A DNA stretch of 62,822 bases, the filler included, from Choristocarpus tenellus KU-1152 (taxonomy: Eukaryota; Protista; Phaeophyceae), in assembly GCA_964200185.2 (NCBI GenBank). It is 13 parts of 13 records of this genome, joined end to end, with 100 filler letters (N's around TTAATTAATTAA, not from the genome) between each part and the next. Parts side by side here need not be neighbours in the genome. Positions count along the whole stretch, not along the records: positions 10,552 to 16,069 come from CAXNAD020010544.1; positions 16,170 to 18,919 come from CAXNAD020025062.1; positions 19,020 to 26,328 come from CAXNAD020006361.1; positions 26,429 to 34,005 come from CAXNAD020005939.1; 9 more parts are not named here. One strand, written 5' to 3'. Numbering within the stretch: position 1 is the stretch's first letter; the number at the start of each line of letters is the position of its first letter. This document shows, one piece after another, positions 13,768-26,452 of the stretch. A program made the position numbers and the translations under genes. A model generated the notes under the pieces. That model was not told where the DNA came from. It made no database searches and saw nothing but the letters and a program-made list of their open reading frames with translations.

Positions 13768-14258
13768 TGAAATCGGATTTCTCCTGAAACCTCCAGTCTC
13801 CTTCGAACATGGGAACAGCACTTTATACCATGCCATGACAGTCTAGTCGGTCATCATAGAAGTCAAGCTGCGTCCCAACGACAGTGCTAGTGGACAGGTA
13901 TGCTGCTCTCAGAAATAGAATGATTGCAGCATCAAACCTCAGACAGGAGGTGTATATTGACACTTGGTTCTGATTTTTTTTTTTAACTATTCTATTGTGT
14001 TTATTACAAGGCACAAAATAAGCTAAGTACCAAGCTTGGTGAGGAACAAATTATTTACTACTCCCTGCTTACATCCTCCTTCCACCTTCCCCCACACACA
14101 TTCCACCCAAACCTAACACCAACCATAGCCAGGACCCCAGGACATTCAAGTGCTGATAGTGGTAATTCAACTCCACCGCCACTCCAACTGCCCACACCAA
14201 TTTCTATTGCCGAAGAGGGTGGCCAGCTTGTCCCTCTGACAATGAAAATCCTCCTCCA

Positions 14259-14513
14259 GAGCCAAAGTATCTTAGAGGGTAGGGACGCGTACATTTGGGG
14301 GCCAAAATCCAATGTTGTGATTTTGGTGTAATTTTGGCTATCGTGTTAGGAATTGTCAATATCCTTGTTCCGGACACACATTTTGGTAACATACATATTT
14401 TACCTACTCCTAAACATTTTGGAGTAGGAAAATGTAATTTAAAAAAACATGGGAAGCCAAGCCCCAAATGGACAAACAGGGAAAACCTCGTACCCTATAA
14501 GATACTTTCACTC
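14259..14513 (+). mobile_element. MITE family A copy, TSD TCCA
   Basis: TCCA|GAGCCAAAG...CTTTCACTC|TCCA. Confidence 0.95.
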
Positions 14514-14540
14514 TCCAATTGAACAGTTTCTGCAGTTCCA

Positions 14541-14820
14541 GAGTCACAACATCTTAGAGGGTAGAGTCGCGTTCGTTTGGGTTCCAAAATCCAATGTTGC
14601 AATTATGATGCAACTTTAGCTATCATGATTGTTAGGAAGTGGCAATATCCTTGTTCTGTACGCACCTTTTCATAGTTTTATACGTTATACCTACTCCTAA
14701 ACATACCATTTTACCTACTCCGAAGCGTTTCAGAGTAGAAAAATGTAAAAAAAATGTGGGAAGCCAAGCCTCAAACGGACAAATGGGGCAAAACTCCTAC
14801 CCCCTTTAATGCTTTGGCTT
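14541..14820 (+). mobile_element. MITE family A copy (diverged, with internal duplication), TSD TCCA
   Basis: TCCA|GAGTCACAAC...CTTTGGCTT|TCCA. Confidence 0.85.
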
Positions 14821-15137
14821 TCCATCATCCCCCCACCCTATACCACTGTGGTCCATGAAAGAGTCAGCAACATAAGCATCATGCAGACCATCGTTCCAAC
14901 TCCAGTTTACCCCTCGCCCAAACCGATCTAATCCGCCTTAAGTGCCCCAGGAGCAGGGGGGATAGATGAATGTGAACACATTTTTTGCAATTTTTTCTCA
15001 AACATATTGTGTGCCTGAACGGGCACACTATAGCACCAAGGCTACGCTGTGCAGAACGGTGGTGATACTTTAAAAAAACATGAAAAGATGTGTTTGTGAA
15101 TAGTACTGCTGATACACAATAGATACCACAAATGAAG

Positions 15138-16069
15138 TACCCCATCCCTTCGGAATTAAATGTAGTATTACTATTGCAGCCCTGATGAAGAAGTAAGTTT
15201 TATTTTCACATACTCATAGGTATGGGCGTATTGTGCAAATACTAAAATGTTCCCCACCAAAATCTCAAGCAAAATGAGGCAACCTACACATATCTATGAT
15301 TCCGTCTCCGAAGCCATCCAAAACTCCTTTCTAGCATGACGTTTCGCCGCATCCACCAGGACATTTGAGGGGAGCTTACCCGCCTTCTCAGTCTTTTCCT
15401 TGCTAAGATGAGGAATTTTGAAGATATTGTCACCTTTGAACCCCAGCACTTCACCGTAGACTGTGAAGAGGTTCTGTCAAAAATACTCTAGTGCCTCCTG
15501 GGGATACTACACACACATAAAACACCTCCATTGCGGTCTCAACCACCTCCTCTCTGCTGGTCACCCACCTCTTCCTTTTGTTGCGGGATGGAATGAAAAA
15601 ATCCCAGGTCATTGACTCAGGTGAGTTGACTGGCTGGGTCTCTGAGTGAAAGTATCTTAGAGGGTGCGATTATTTCCCTGTTTGTCCATTTGAGGCTTGG
15701 CTTCCCATGTTTTTTTTTATGACATTTTCCTACTCCAAAATATTTCATAGTAGGTAAAATATATGCATTATGAAATGGTGTGTCCAGAATATGGATATTG
15801 ACACTTCCTAGTAAACACGATAGCCAAAATTACACCAAAATCGCAACATTGGATTTTGGCCCCCAAATGGACCCGGCTCTACCCTCTAAGATACTTTGGC
15901 ACTCTATGACAATGTCATCCCCCACCACCTCCTCGATTGCCTCCATGATCCCCCCCTTTGTGTGTATAACTTTGCCCCGTCCTGGTCCATGAAGATGGTG
16001 TGTCCTTCCGTCCTAGACATGCGGGCCTTGATTGCCTGGATGACATCCTCAACCATGAGCCCCATGCAC
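15138..16069 (-). mobile_element. Degenerate Tc1/mariner (plant-type DD39D) transposase 3' half with Stowaway-like TIR, interrupted by MITE A
   Basis: The minus strand reads MVEDVIQAIKARM..TIFMDQDGAK..DDIVIE|TQPVNSPE..GFFHSI..GDNIFKIPHLSKEKTEKAGKLP. This matches the QQDNA/QPPNSPD/YKIPH motifs. The terminus TA|CCCCATCCCTTCGGAATT at 15138 resembles the Stowaway TIR CTCCCTCCGT. Confidence 0.8.
15644..15902 (-). mobile_element. MITE family A copy inside the mariner transposase, TSD TCT
   Basis: Removing the MITE restores the frame IVIE-TQP. Confidence 0.92.
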
Positions 16070-16557
16070 NNNNNNNNNNNNNNNNNNNNNNNNNNNNNNN
16101 NNNNNNNNNNNNNTTAATTAATTAANNNNNNNNNNNNNNNNNNNNNNNNNNNNNNNNNNNNNNNNNNNNGCTGTGTACGGCCGGTGGGACGGGCGGCGGG
16201 GGGCGCGGCTTTCGCGGCCTGGGGCTCGCTGTCCATTTGGGGTCCATTTTTCCATGTCACGAATTTTTGGGTGATTTGGTTGGGGCCCGAATGGACACCC
16301 TGGTGTAGAGCCGACCCCCCCCTGCAGATACTTTGAGCCCCACCTGAGCGATGACTCAGATTCTGGGATGATATAGGGTTAGGGTTACAGCGGTGAAGAC
16401 TGAGGATGTGCAACAAACATGCATGCAAAGAGTACCCGCAGCAACGATTGCAGCAGCACTTGCAATGGTAGAAGGTTGTTGAGGAGAGCGCCTTCTGACA
16501 AAAGACTATTCATTGCCATGGGCAGTCGTAGCCGGTAGTTGTGAGTTGAAGCACACC

Positions 16558-17133
16558 ATGAGAGGTACTCAGGTTTTGGCCGTTTTTGCATCTTAAGCCA
16601 GTTTTTAACAAAAAAAATCTTACGCAGTTCACCCATATTTCTATTGAACTTAGGGTTAGGGTTAGGGTTAATCAGTGATGAAGTGCAAAGCCTGAGTTGA
16701 AAGCACTGATTTCTCTATTGAGTGAAAGTATCTTAGGGTTAGGGTACGAGTTTTGCCCTTTTTTGTCCGTTTGGGGCTTGACTTCCCATTTTTTTTTTTA
16801 ATGTCATTTTCCTACTCCGAAATTTTTCGGAGTGGGTGAAATGTGTTCGTTACGAAAAGGTGTGTGTCCCCGGAACAAGGATAATGGCACTTCCTAACAA
16901 ACACGATAGCCAAGATTACATCGAAATCGCAGCATTGGATTTTGGCCCCCAAACGGACGCGGCTCTACCCTAACCCTAACCCTAACCCTAAGATACTTTG
17001 ACTCATCTTTTCAAGACTCTTCAGACAGAATTCAGAAAAGATCCTACATGCATTTGTAAAAAAAAAAAGCCAAATTTTGGACACATTTGTTTGTTTCTCA
17101 GCATCCTTAAAATGCAACTCTGGGTACACCTCG
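16558..17133. mobile_element. MITE-like family D (~240-280 bp net), interrupted by MITE A; second copy at 24283-24519
   Basis: Colinear similarity between the two loci (AGCCAGTTTT..TTCACCCATATTTCTAT..TGATTTCTCTATTG..GACAGAA..CAGCATCC). Ends are imperfectly inverted (GAGRWGTACYCA/TGGGTACACCTCG). Confidence 0.6.
16720..17004 (-). mobile_element. MITE family A copy whose two TIRs contain TTAGGG repeats
   Basis: Left end TCTTAGGGTTAGGGTACG and right end (CCCTAA)4GATAC, replacing consensus TCTTAGAGGGTA/TACCCTCTAAGA. Confidence 0.92.
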
Positions 17134-17442
17134 AACAAGCAAGCAGGAAATTCTATTCTCAACCGCTACTGGCCAAACCAAATGTTCTGTTCCTGCTCAA
17201 AAGCACACAGCAAGAGAATTGCTTTTGAATTGGTATGGTCTGAATTAGATTGAGCCTTTGAGCGGAAGGCCATATCAATCCAAGTGTTGCACACCTTGGA
17301 AGGTAGTTACGGATACCTTATTCACACACTCCCTTCCAGTAAATGGTGGCGTTCCATTCCACAAAAAAAAAAAGTTGTCAATAACACACATCAGTTCAAA
17401 GCAAACCAAGCACAGAAATCGAGTTCACAAGAGTGAGCTTAC

Positions 17443-17584
17443 CTGGTGCTCCTGCCTCATCCTTCCCTCGTTTCCCCTTTCAAGCTCTCGCTGCTCTCTT
17501 ACAGCTAACTCGGCTTTGTCTGCCTTGGTCACAATGACCTCCAACTGGGCAGAGAGCTCACGGTGTCTCACTGAGAGTTGTCGC
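17443..17584 (-). CDS. Internal exon of an unknown (coiled-coil-like) host gene; further candidate exons near 16390-16495 and 17820-17955
   Basis: Reads RQLSVRHRELSAQLEVIVTKADKAELAVREQRELEKGKRGKDEAGAP and ends at a consensus donor CAG|GTAAGC. Confidence 0.45.
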
Positions 17585-18042
17585 CTTCCATGGTGGGATC
17601 GGTGGGTAGGGAGGAGTTTTGTATATTGTGGTAAAGGATTAACTGTCAGCCGTAAGACAAGACATAAATACTACTTGAGAGTCAAAGGTGAATGAGGGGA
17701 GGTACCCAGAGTATATATTTTTTTCTTAAGCAAGTGGATAAATACTTTCATCTTTTTTTTTTTTTTCAGTTGAGTATACTCCCTCTGGCCCATATGAGTC
17801 TTTGCCTTTATGCACGTACCTCTTCGGGACGGCCTCCGATTTCAAAACGAATTTTTGCGTCGGATTCCTCAGAACAATTTCTACGTAAGATGACTTAGAT
17901 TTGAAGGAATATATCCCGATCTGGCTGGACCGTGTTGAAACATAGACGACTCATCTTTTTGTGTTATTGAGGTATATATATATATATATATAAGCATATT
18001 ATATGTTGAGGTATGCATTTGAAATGGTTGCTTTGAGAAGTT

Positions 18043-18043
18043 G

Positions 18044-18074
<31 letters not shown>

Positions 18075-18098
18075 GAAGAAGAAGAAGAAGAAGAAGAA
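18043..18098. repeat. Compound (GAT)n(GAA)n microsatellite
   Basis: Directly visible. Confidence 0.95.
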
Positions 18099-18249
18099 GC
18101 GGCGGAAATTGACCATGCAACACGATGCATGACCTCCGTGAAGGGAAGGGATGTAATCAAACGGGTTGTCTCAAGCGACATAGTTGACCATGCTCTCATC
18201 TTTGGCGGGTTGGAAACTCACCGTGAGGGTTTGGACTGTCCTCGGTGAA

Positions 18250-18433
18250 GACCCAAAGTATCTGGGGGAGGGGGGGGGATGTCTACACCTGGGTGTCCAT
18301 TTAGGTCAAAATAAGGAAAAGTGTATTTAAATTATCCATCGGACGAATGCAACCAAATCACACAAAAATCGCGACATGAAAAAATTGACCCCGAATGGAC
18401 AGCCGCCACCCCCCACTCCAGATACTTTGACCC
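18250..18433 (+). mobile_element. MITE family B copy, TSD TGAA
   Basis: TGAA|GACCCAAAG...CTTTGACCC|TGAA. Confidence 0.92.
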
Positions 18434-18560
18434 TGAAGGTGCATTGAAGAGCTTAACTACTGTGGAATAAATGCTCAAGCTCCTAGAATGTCTATTCTGC
18501 GAAAACATAAGAATAGTACAATTTCCTCAGGAGGACTGCATGTTGAAGGAGAAGTCAAGA

Positions 18561-18604
<44 letters not shown>

Positions 18605-19019
18605 TTGGGGGCAGCAGTTCTCTCTGCAGGGGAATTACACCAAAGGTGTTAATTTCATGAAGTCACCCTTCTTTTCATACATGCATATGTAATGTGTTGG
18701 GCTTTGCTCTTACTTATGTGTGATTGCGTCTGGACGCGCGAGTAGCAGGCGTTTTCCGCGCGCACGCTATTAATGCACACACCTGACTTCAACATACATC
18801 AGGAAGAAAGAGTAAAACAACATAGGAGGAGGGGGCGTCGGGGGGGGGGGGCAAAGGGGGTGGGCCACACCTTGAGAGGGGGCCAAAGCTCTGGAACGTC
18901 AATAATTGCGTTTCGCTGCNNNNNNNNNNNNNNNNNNNNNNNNNNNNNNNNNNNNNNNNNNNNTTAATTAATTAANNNNNNNNNNNNNNNNNNNNNNNNN
19001 NNNNNNNNNNNNNNNNNNN

Positions 19020-19327
19020 TTTTCCACAACTTTTTGAGGGGGTTCTGATATTTGATTGATTAACTTTTCATTGATCTTTCTTTTGACACATCTCCAAAAT
19101 GTGGAAGGGTATAAAAATAAAAATATATAGTATACATACGCAAATGTTGTAGATTTTCGGTTTAGTTAGTAACATTCCAACTATATGAACATTTTTCCTT
19201 CTCTACTTCTTACATCATTTTTCCTTCTCTACTTCTTACATCATTTTTCCTGTTTGCATGAACTTGCATGATTGGCTTGTTTGCGATTGGAAAACGCATA
19301 TAACTAAAGAAATATAATCGAATATGG
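19020..19327 (+). repeat. Near-identical direct repeat at both ends of contig 4 (partner 26047-26328)
   Basis: The same sequence apart from one SNP and a 26-bp tandem duplication present only in this copy. Confidence 0.95.
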
Positions 19328-21201
19328 CTCTTCTCCATCAATAAAACATCAATGAACATATTGAAGATGTGCTTTTTTTTTACCCAGATGTTTTCAGGGA
19401 GATATTGTCCAAGAGTCTACTCAGAATGTTCTTACCCTACCAAAATTGATGAATTGATAGAATTGAGAGAGGGGAGGTAGGGAGAGACAAGAAATTGTGT
19501 CTACAAACCTCACCATTCCTAGATCACACAGACCCATAACAATACTATCAAGGAAGAGGAATCTCGAGCTAGATTGTCTAGGAAGGAGGAGCGTTGAGTA
19601 CTAAGAGGGGTAGTAGTGACTGCACGACCCCCCCTTATTTTGTAAATGACTCACATAGAATACTCTGGTCGTCAGTCTAGAACCGCCACACCAACTACAT
19701 TTATTAGCAGTGCCATGGTAGTAGGAGCCTCTGGGTTGCTACGAGGCGTGCCGGGGTATTTTCCACCTGAAAACTCATCACTCTCTCAATCTCCTCTCGT
19801 CGAACAGAGAGTGCGAGAGTGGGATTGGAATTCCCAAAACGGAGTACGAGGTAGGCTGGTTCGATTCTCTGTTTTGAATCACATGACATAATTGAAATTT
19901 TGTCTGTCACCTGAACCGACCTTTGCTTCCTCGATCGAACTGATGCCGTCTCTCATATTTACTTTACTAGTTATGATGAACATTTATCATTATATAGGTT
20001 TATCAGTAAATTTCAAATTTCTCGCCAATAACCTGTTTTCTACCCTCATTATATCAACGCGGCATTTGTACGACTTACAGTGAATACATCTGAATAACAT
20101 TCCGCGTATGTCATTGTCTTACCCCCGTCGTTGATTGCAGCTTATTACGGTTCCTCTGAGGTTGGTCATTCTTCGCAACATCCTTCTTCCAATTCTTTTC
20201 AATGGTGTAGGGGACAGCTGTCATACTCTGCGCGAAATGGTGTGCGGAGACCAGTCGATTCTTGGCAACAACCGTCTGACGGAGCCCATACCATACACAT
20301 GTCTGATGACGAGCGGTCGTTGGGAACAAAATACCCACAGTTTCAGGGCATGATAAAGAGAGGTGGCATGGGTGGTACGATCTACAGTCAACACTTGGAT
20401 GGTGCGCGTTCTTCTCAGCTTGGTGGGTCTCTGTCCGTTGTCCAATTGACTCGCCGAAATTCACGCCCTTGTGCACTCGAAGTTATTGAGTGCTTTCCAA
20501 ATGGTTCAATTTTTCAATCAGAGTTGATGTTGTCCACTGTAGTGGTAACGTCCAATATCCTCTTATGCCCTGGTTTACCCTTTTGGTTATGACTGAAACA
20601 GAATGCGCTAGATGCCTAGTGAGGTGATGTAGGAAAAATAGGTTATCGGACTTTGGTAGTGGTGCAAGAACATTGTCTTAGGTTTTGTCACAACTTGTTA
20701 CATTTGCATGTCGCCAAAAAGTAGTCTTTTGTGACAAGCAGTACATCACGCTCGTATGTTTGCGACCTGCGAGCTGTACGGTAAGATTATGGTAATTCCT
20801 TCAATATATGTCAGAGCTTGTAATGCGCCAAATGAGGAATGGCTCAATAGCGAAAAACGTAATCAATGCAGCTATGCAGTAATGCATAACTGGATGACAT
20901 AGGCGAATTTCCTTTGCATATGGTATTTTGTCGAACTTGGAACAGTCATATGTTGCCTACTACTGTACCTTCCGCACCTCATTCTCCTCTTCAATCAATC
21001 CTGGATTCCCCACCTCACTGCTCCTTGTAATAGCTATGCCTACAGTTGTAGAAAGAAAAACTCTCATATTTTCTTCATTTGATGTGCTGAAATTGGTGTG
21101 TTCTTTTATTTTAATTGTACTACGAATATTACCATTGAGGCAAAAAATGAGCACAATCTCCTCCTATCCGTGAGCAATTGGGCAGGAGAGTGTTCTTAAA
21201 A

Positions 21202-21460
21202 GAGTGAAAGTATCTTAGAGAGTACGACTTCTGCCCTGTTTGTCCATTTGGTGCTTGGTTTCCCAATTTTTTTTAAGTGATATTTTCCTACTCCAAAACG
21301 TTTCCGAGTAGGTAAACTGTATACGTTATGATAAATTGTGTCCGGAACAAGGATATTGACATTTCCTAACAAACACGATAGCCAAAATCACATCCAAATC
21401 TCAACAATGGATTTTGGTCCCCAAATGAACGCGGCCCTACCCTCTAAGATACTCTGGCTC
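21202..21460 (-). mobile_element. MITE family A copy
   Basis: Both TIRs present; flanks AAAA/AAGA. Confidence 0.92.
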
Positions 21461-23963
21461 AAGAATTGCTTTGCAATATTTTTCTTTGCCAAAAGAGACA
21501 AAACTTTATGACTCTTTGCAAGATTTTTAAAGGTCACCTCAAGGTTACGAAAAAAAAATTTATGACTGCGGCTATGATTTTGAGAACATTTGTAGAAACC
21601 ACACAGCAGCGCAACTGTCTATGTCAATGGAGACTGTTTTGTGTACTTAAATAGGGCAATATCAATGAAAAACGTTAAATTGGGCATTTGATGTATAAAG
21701 GAAATGACAAGGTAGTGCTTAAAACCTTTTTTTTGTCCTGATGAATGGCCTACCTTTTCCGGTAAAATGTGTGAAAAATACCAGCTGGAATGACCATCAA
21801 GGGTAACATATGATTCTGTAAATTTTGGAATTGTTCATAATATTTTCAGTCATGGATACAAAGCCAACAGGAGACAAGGCACTATTTGGGGACTTTGGGT
21901 ACTGACCAGTATTTAGTCACAACCAAATAAAAAATGTTCATAGTTTTCACTTGGTCTGACCTCTATTTCTTATCATGAGTTCTTTGCGCCAAAATGTATG
22001 AATAATTTTCTGATTTGTCTTATCATCTAAGATTTGAGCCATCGTTTGTGTATCTTCCTGGTGGGGGCAGCAACAGTTCCTCTAACCCATACCTTGAAGA
22101 CCAAGAATATTTACACATTTGATTCATGTGTTTTATCTTGAATTCGTGAGGTATCTATGGGGGGGGGATACCTATTTTCTCGTAGCAAAACCCTTCAATG
22201 TTTTCTAAATCCTAAGGAAGGCATAATCATTCCATAGTTGATTTTCCCCTGCTACACATGTACATCTGCAGAGCTTTGTGTAGTCTGAAGTAATAGATTG
22301 ATTTGTTCCTAACCAAGACCAACACTGTTCAGTCTGTGCCATATATGTTTCAAACCAACTCCCTTCTCCCCTACAACTCTTTGGTTAACTTTGCATGCAG
22401 TGGGATCATTGCTTGAGCCATCCATGCCTACAGTGGCTGCACTGCCTATGACCCAGATGATTCTAGCAAGGGGGGGTTGGGTGGCCAATGACGATATGTG
22501 TGAGCCTGGGACTGCAAATCCAGGCACTGGTTCAGGAAATGTGAACCACAAGAGCAGTGGCAGCAGCTGGCCTCCGATGGTGGAGCAGCAAGAGCAGTCT
22601 CTGGAATCTTCAGCAGGTATCCTTGGTCCCAAGGATGAGTTTCTTCTGGGAGGAGGTTTGTTGTAAGTTGACTTTTTTATAATTGGTTCCACTTTTTTGC
22701 CTGCATGTGTGACGCAGCTCTCACACAGCCCCTCAGAAGCCTATGGATCTTGGTCGAGATGCTGCAATGTGTTTTTTCTGATGGATGAAACCAAGCATTT
22801 GACAGTGTGCCCCTTCAGAATGTTTCACCTTCACTATTTCTGACATGTGAACCATAAACTTGAAGTGGGATGTTTGATGTCTCCCATCCCAAACCTGTGG
22901 ATTGTGATGGTATCGTCCTTCAAAAAGCAGACCTTTTGATGCTAGTAAGCCCTGACCCAAAAAATTGTGGTCTCTTCAGAACCATCTATGCCAAACTAAA
23001 TTTGCACATCACATCACAAGATCAACCCCTCAAACCTTCTGTTGGAATAATATGCCAGGTTTGATGCAGAGGCTCTTTTCCATTTCCTGAAGCTTCTATG
23101 CATCTGATTAGCTCATTCTAGAAGTCACACTAAATTTGTAGTAAAGGAAGTTCGAATTCCTCCTCAACAAGGTGGGATTCTTTCCCCCAATATTTGTTGC
23201 CAGTACTAGATAGTACATCCAAGCATTTCCATCTCGCATTTTGGATATTGCAGTTCACACCACAAAAAATTCTCCTCTCTTCTGAAACCCTGCCTAGACC
23301 TGACCCATCATGAAGTGATTTCTGATTTCCCTCCCACCCCCCCTCACCCCGGTTAACACCAGGTGTAAATCAGCACCCACCACATGGGGAGAGAGGGAGG
23401 TGGGGGGATACAATTAGTGCAAGTGGGTGGGAGAATGGGGAGGGGGGTAGAGGGGTGAGTGACCAGCAGCAGAAAAGACAGGAGAAGGCGAGGGAAGAGG
23501 AGAAAAATGAGGGAGAAAAAGAAGTGGATGGAGTGGATGAAAAGGCACATGTCCGTGGCACTCAGAAGGGAGAGGATGAGATGGAAGTTCAGCAGAAGGA
23601 GAAAGGTTTTGAAGGAGGGTGAATGATGAGGAAACTTTGTGGTTTGGCATTGGGTGAAAAGGGTCCGGTCAAGCAGTGATATTGTTTTTCTTAGCAAACA
23701 TGCCAATACCTATACTTCAGAGTACAGGGCAGGATATAGTGTGAGCGCTTCACCATATATATATACCAAGTTGATATTTTTCAATGGGTGTGTTTGTTTT
23801 GAAAAATATTTGCTCATTTCATTTGGCAGAGACCCATTGAAAGGGACCTACTCTATTATTTATCTCATTTGTACTTTATACATTAATCGCTTCAAACGTT
23901 TTCAGATTTTTTTTAATTTTGAGATCTAGATAGTATAATAACCATGAAAATCAAAAAGAAAAA

Positions 23964-24148
23964 GACCTAGAGTATCTGGGGGGGGGGGGGGGGGGGGGTG
24001 GTATACACCAGGGTATCCATTTGGGTCATAACCAGGAAAGTGCACTTACATTATGCATCCGACGTATGCAACCAGATCATCCAAAATCGCGACATGAAAA
24101 AAAATGAACCCAGATGGACAACGCAACCCCCCCCAGATACTTTGAGTC
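23964..24148 (+). mobile_element. MITE family B copy with expanded poly-G
   Basis: Colinear with 11643-11819. Confidence 0.9.
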
Positions 24149-24774
24149 TTTTGATCCCTGACACAACTGCAAAATGTCAGAGCCCATAACAATATATATA
24201 GAGAAATCCCACATGATACTTTTACATGTCTCGCATGGTGTGGGAACCTCCTCATTTTTTGGTTCTTGAGATCCAAAGTAAACGAGAAGTACCCACGGTT
24301 CCGACGTTTTGCAACGAAAGCCAGTTTTCAATCTATTCCAATTCACCCATATTTCTATAGATAGATGAAATGCGGAGTTGGACTTGAGAGCGTTGATTTC
24401 TCTATTGTTTGATACTTTTCGACAGAACCCAGAAAATATCCTCTACAAATTTGAAAAAAAACCCTGATTTTGTACATATTTGTCAGCATCCGTAAAATAG
24501 AAGTGTTGGTGTGTCTCGTATACTTTCACTCTAATATATGATATGGTTCTTGTCGACCTATTGAGGGCGTTATTTTCTTTTTCATTGTATTCATGCTTAT
24601 TCCGCATGAATTTAGTGAAATATTGTTATTCCCATGTTTGGATGCATATACAAATAAGCATGACCAAAATCCTGTACAATGTATATTAAGTAGTTATGGA
24701 TGGTGAACTCCTGATTTTAACATCTAATTAAAATATGTTGCATATTTTTCGATTTCGCCACTTCCAATATATTA

Positions 24775-25035
24775 GAGTGAAAGTATCTTAGAGGGTACGA
24801 GTTTTGTCTGTTTGTCCATTTGGGGCTTGGCTTCTCATGTTTTTTTTATGACATTTTTTCTACCCCGAAACATTTCAGAGTAGGTTATATATATACATCA
24901 TTAAAAGGTGTGTCTGGTACAAGGATATTGACACTTCCTAACAAACACAATAATAGCCAAAATTACATCAAAATCGCAACATTGGATTTTGGCCCCCATA
25001 TGGACGTGGCTCTACCCTCTAAGATAATTTGACTC
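24775..25035 (-). mobile_element. MITE family A copy, TSD ATTA
   Basis: ATTA|GAGTGAAAG...TTTGACTC|ATTA. Confidence 0.95.
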
Positions 25036-26046
25036 ATTATCCAAACGCTAGAATGCATTAATCTCTTTTTTCCAAAAAAAGAGCAGTCTCCCACCATCCT
25101 GCAAGAACAGTGATCGGATTCTTCCTTCATGAGATAAAACCAAGTCCAGATAGAGTGACAGAATGAAAAAGAATCTTAGTTACATCAGTAGTATTATATG
25201 TCATGAAAGAGTTAGACATGATGTAATATTTGGTTTCCCTTCACACATCTGGAAAATGTCGTCGAACATAATGATGCGTTCACAAATGTTTCTTTAATAC
25301 AGATCGTTGTGATATTGGCTTGGCTTTTCCATTAAACATCTACAAGATGTCAAGAGTGCATAATAATATCTATGTAAGATAGGTGGGTGGGTGGTGGTGT
25401 AAGATAGTTGTAGTACAACAGTAAATAGAAAATTGTCTTTCAAATTTTCGACGACTGTTACTTTTTGAGGGGTAGTTCTGATACTGAATTGACTTTTTAT
25501 CGGTTTTCCCTCAACACACCGGGAAATGTCAGAGGGCAATATATATATATATATATGAATACAAGCAGCCTCCAATCTACCACTCCCATCCACCAACAAT
25601 GGTGTAGGTCCTGCTGCAGCTGGGGCGCGAAAGTGCACCCACTACGAGGATTATTTTGGCCCTCGTAGTTATATGTATATCTCAACACCTTCGCGGTCGA
25701 AAGTTTTTGGCGGCTCGGTAAGCAAGCAGAAGGTTTCTGGATGAGCTGGCTACACACGGGGGGGAAGGGCGGAAAGGCTACACCAGGAAAGGGACTGTCA
25801 AATCCCGTTTATGACAGATAGTGTCCATCACAACACAAGTACTTTATCAAGACATGCCATACGTTTCAAACTGGAGACACCAGGGAGATGGGCAAGGAGG
25901 GGCTTGTTATTTTCTTGGGATACTTACCTATAGCTTCTCACCCTCTGGTGGAGGGCTAAACTAGGTTGGAGTCATAGGAGGGCAATGGTGTGGCATAACT
26001 CGTAGTAAAGTAGTAAAGAGACTATTATAGAAAAATGTCTTTCACA

Positions 26047-26328
26047 TTTTCCACAACTTTTTGAGGGGGTTCTGATATTTGATTGATTAACTTTTCATTG
26101 ATCTTTCTTTTGACACATCTCCAAAATGTGGAAGGGTATAAAAATAAAAATATATATTATACATACGCAAATGTTGTAGATTTTCGGTTTAGTTAGTAAC
26201 ATTCCAACTATATGAACATTTTTCCTTCTCTACTTCTTACATCATTTTTCCTGTTTGCATGAACTTGCATGATTGGCTTGTTTGCGATTGGAAAACGCAT
26301 ATAACTAAAGAAATATAATCGAATATGG
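26047..26328 (+). repeat. Second copy of the contig-4 terminal direct repeat
   Basis: See 19020-19327. Confidence 0.95.
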
Positions 26329-26452
26329 NNNNNNNNNNNNNNNNNNNNNNNNNNNNNNNNNNNNNNNNNNNNTTAATTAATTAANNNNNNNNNNNNNNNN
26401 NNNNNNNNNNNNNNNNNNNNNNNNNNNNCCCCCCCCCCAGATACTATAAGCC

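Noticed and set aside
20111-21154. Possible piggyBac-like transposase remnant on the minus strand
   Set aside because: Only vague Cys/His spacing; no catalytic motif or TTAA termini found.
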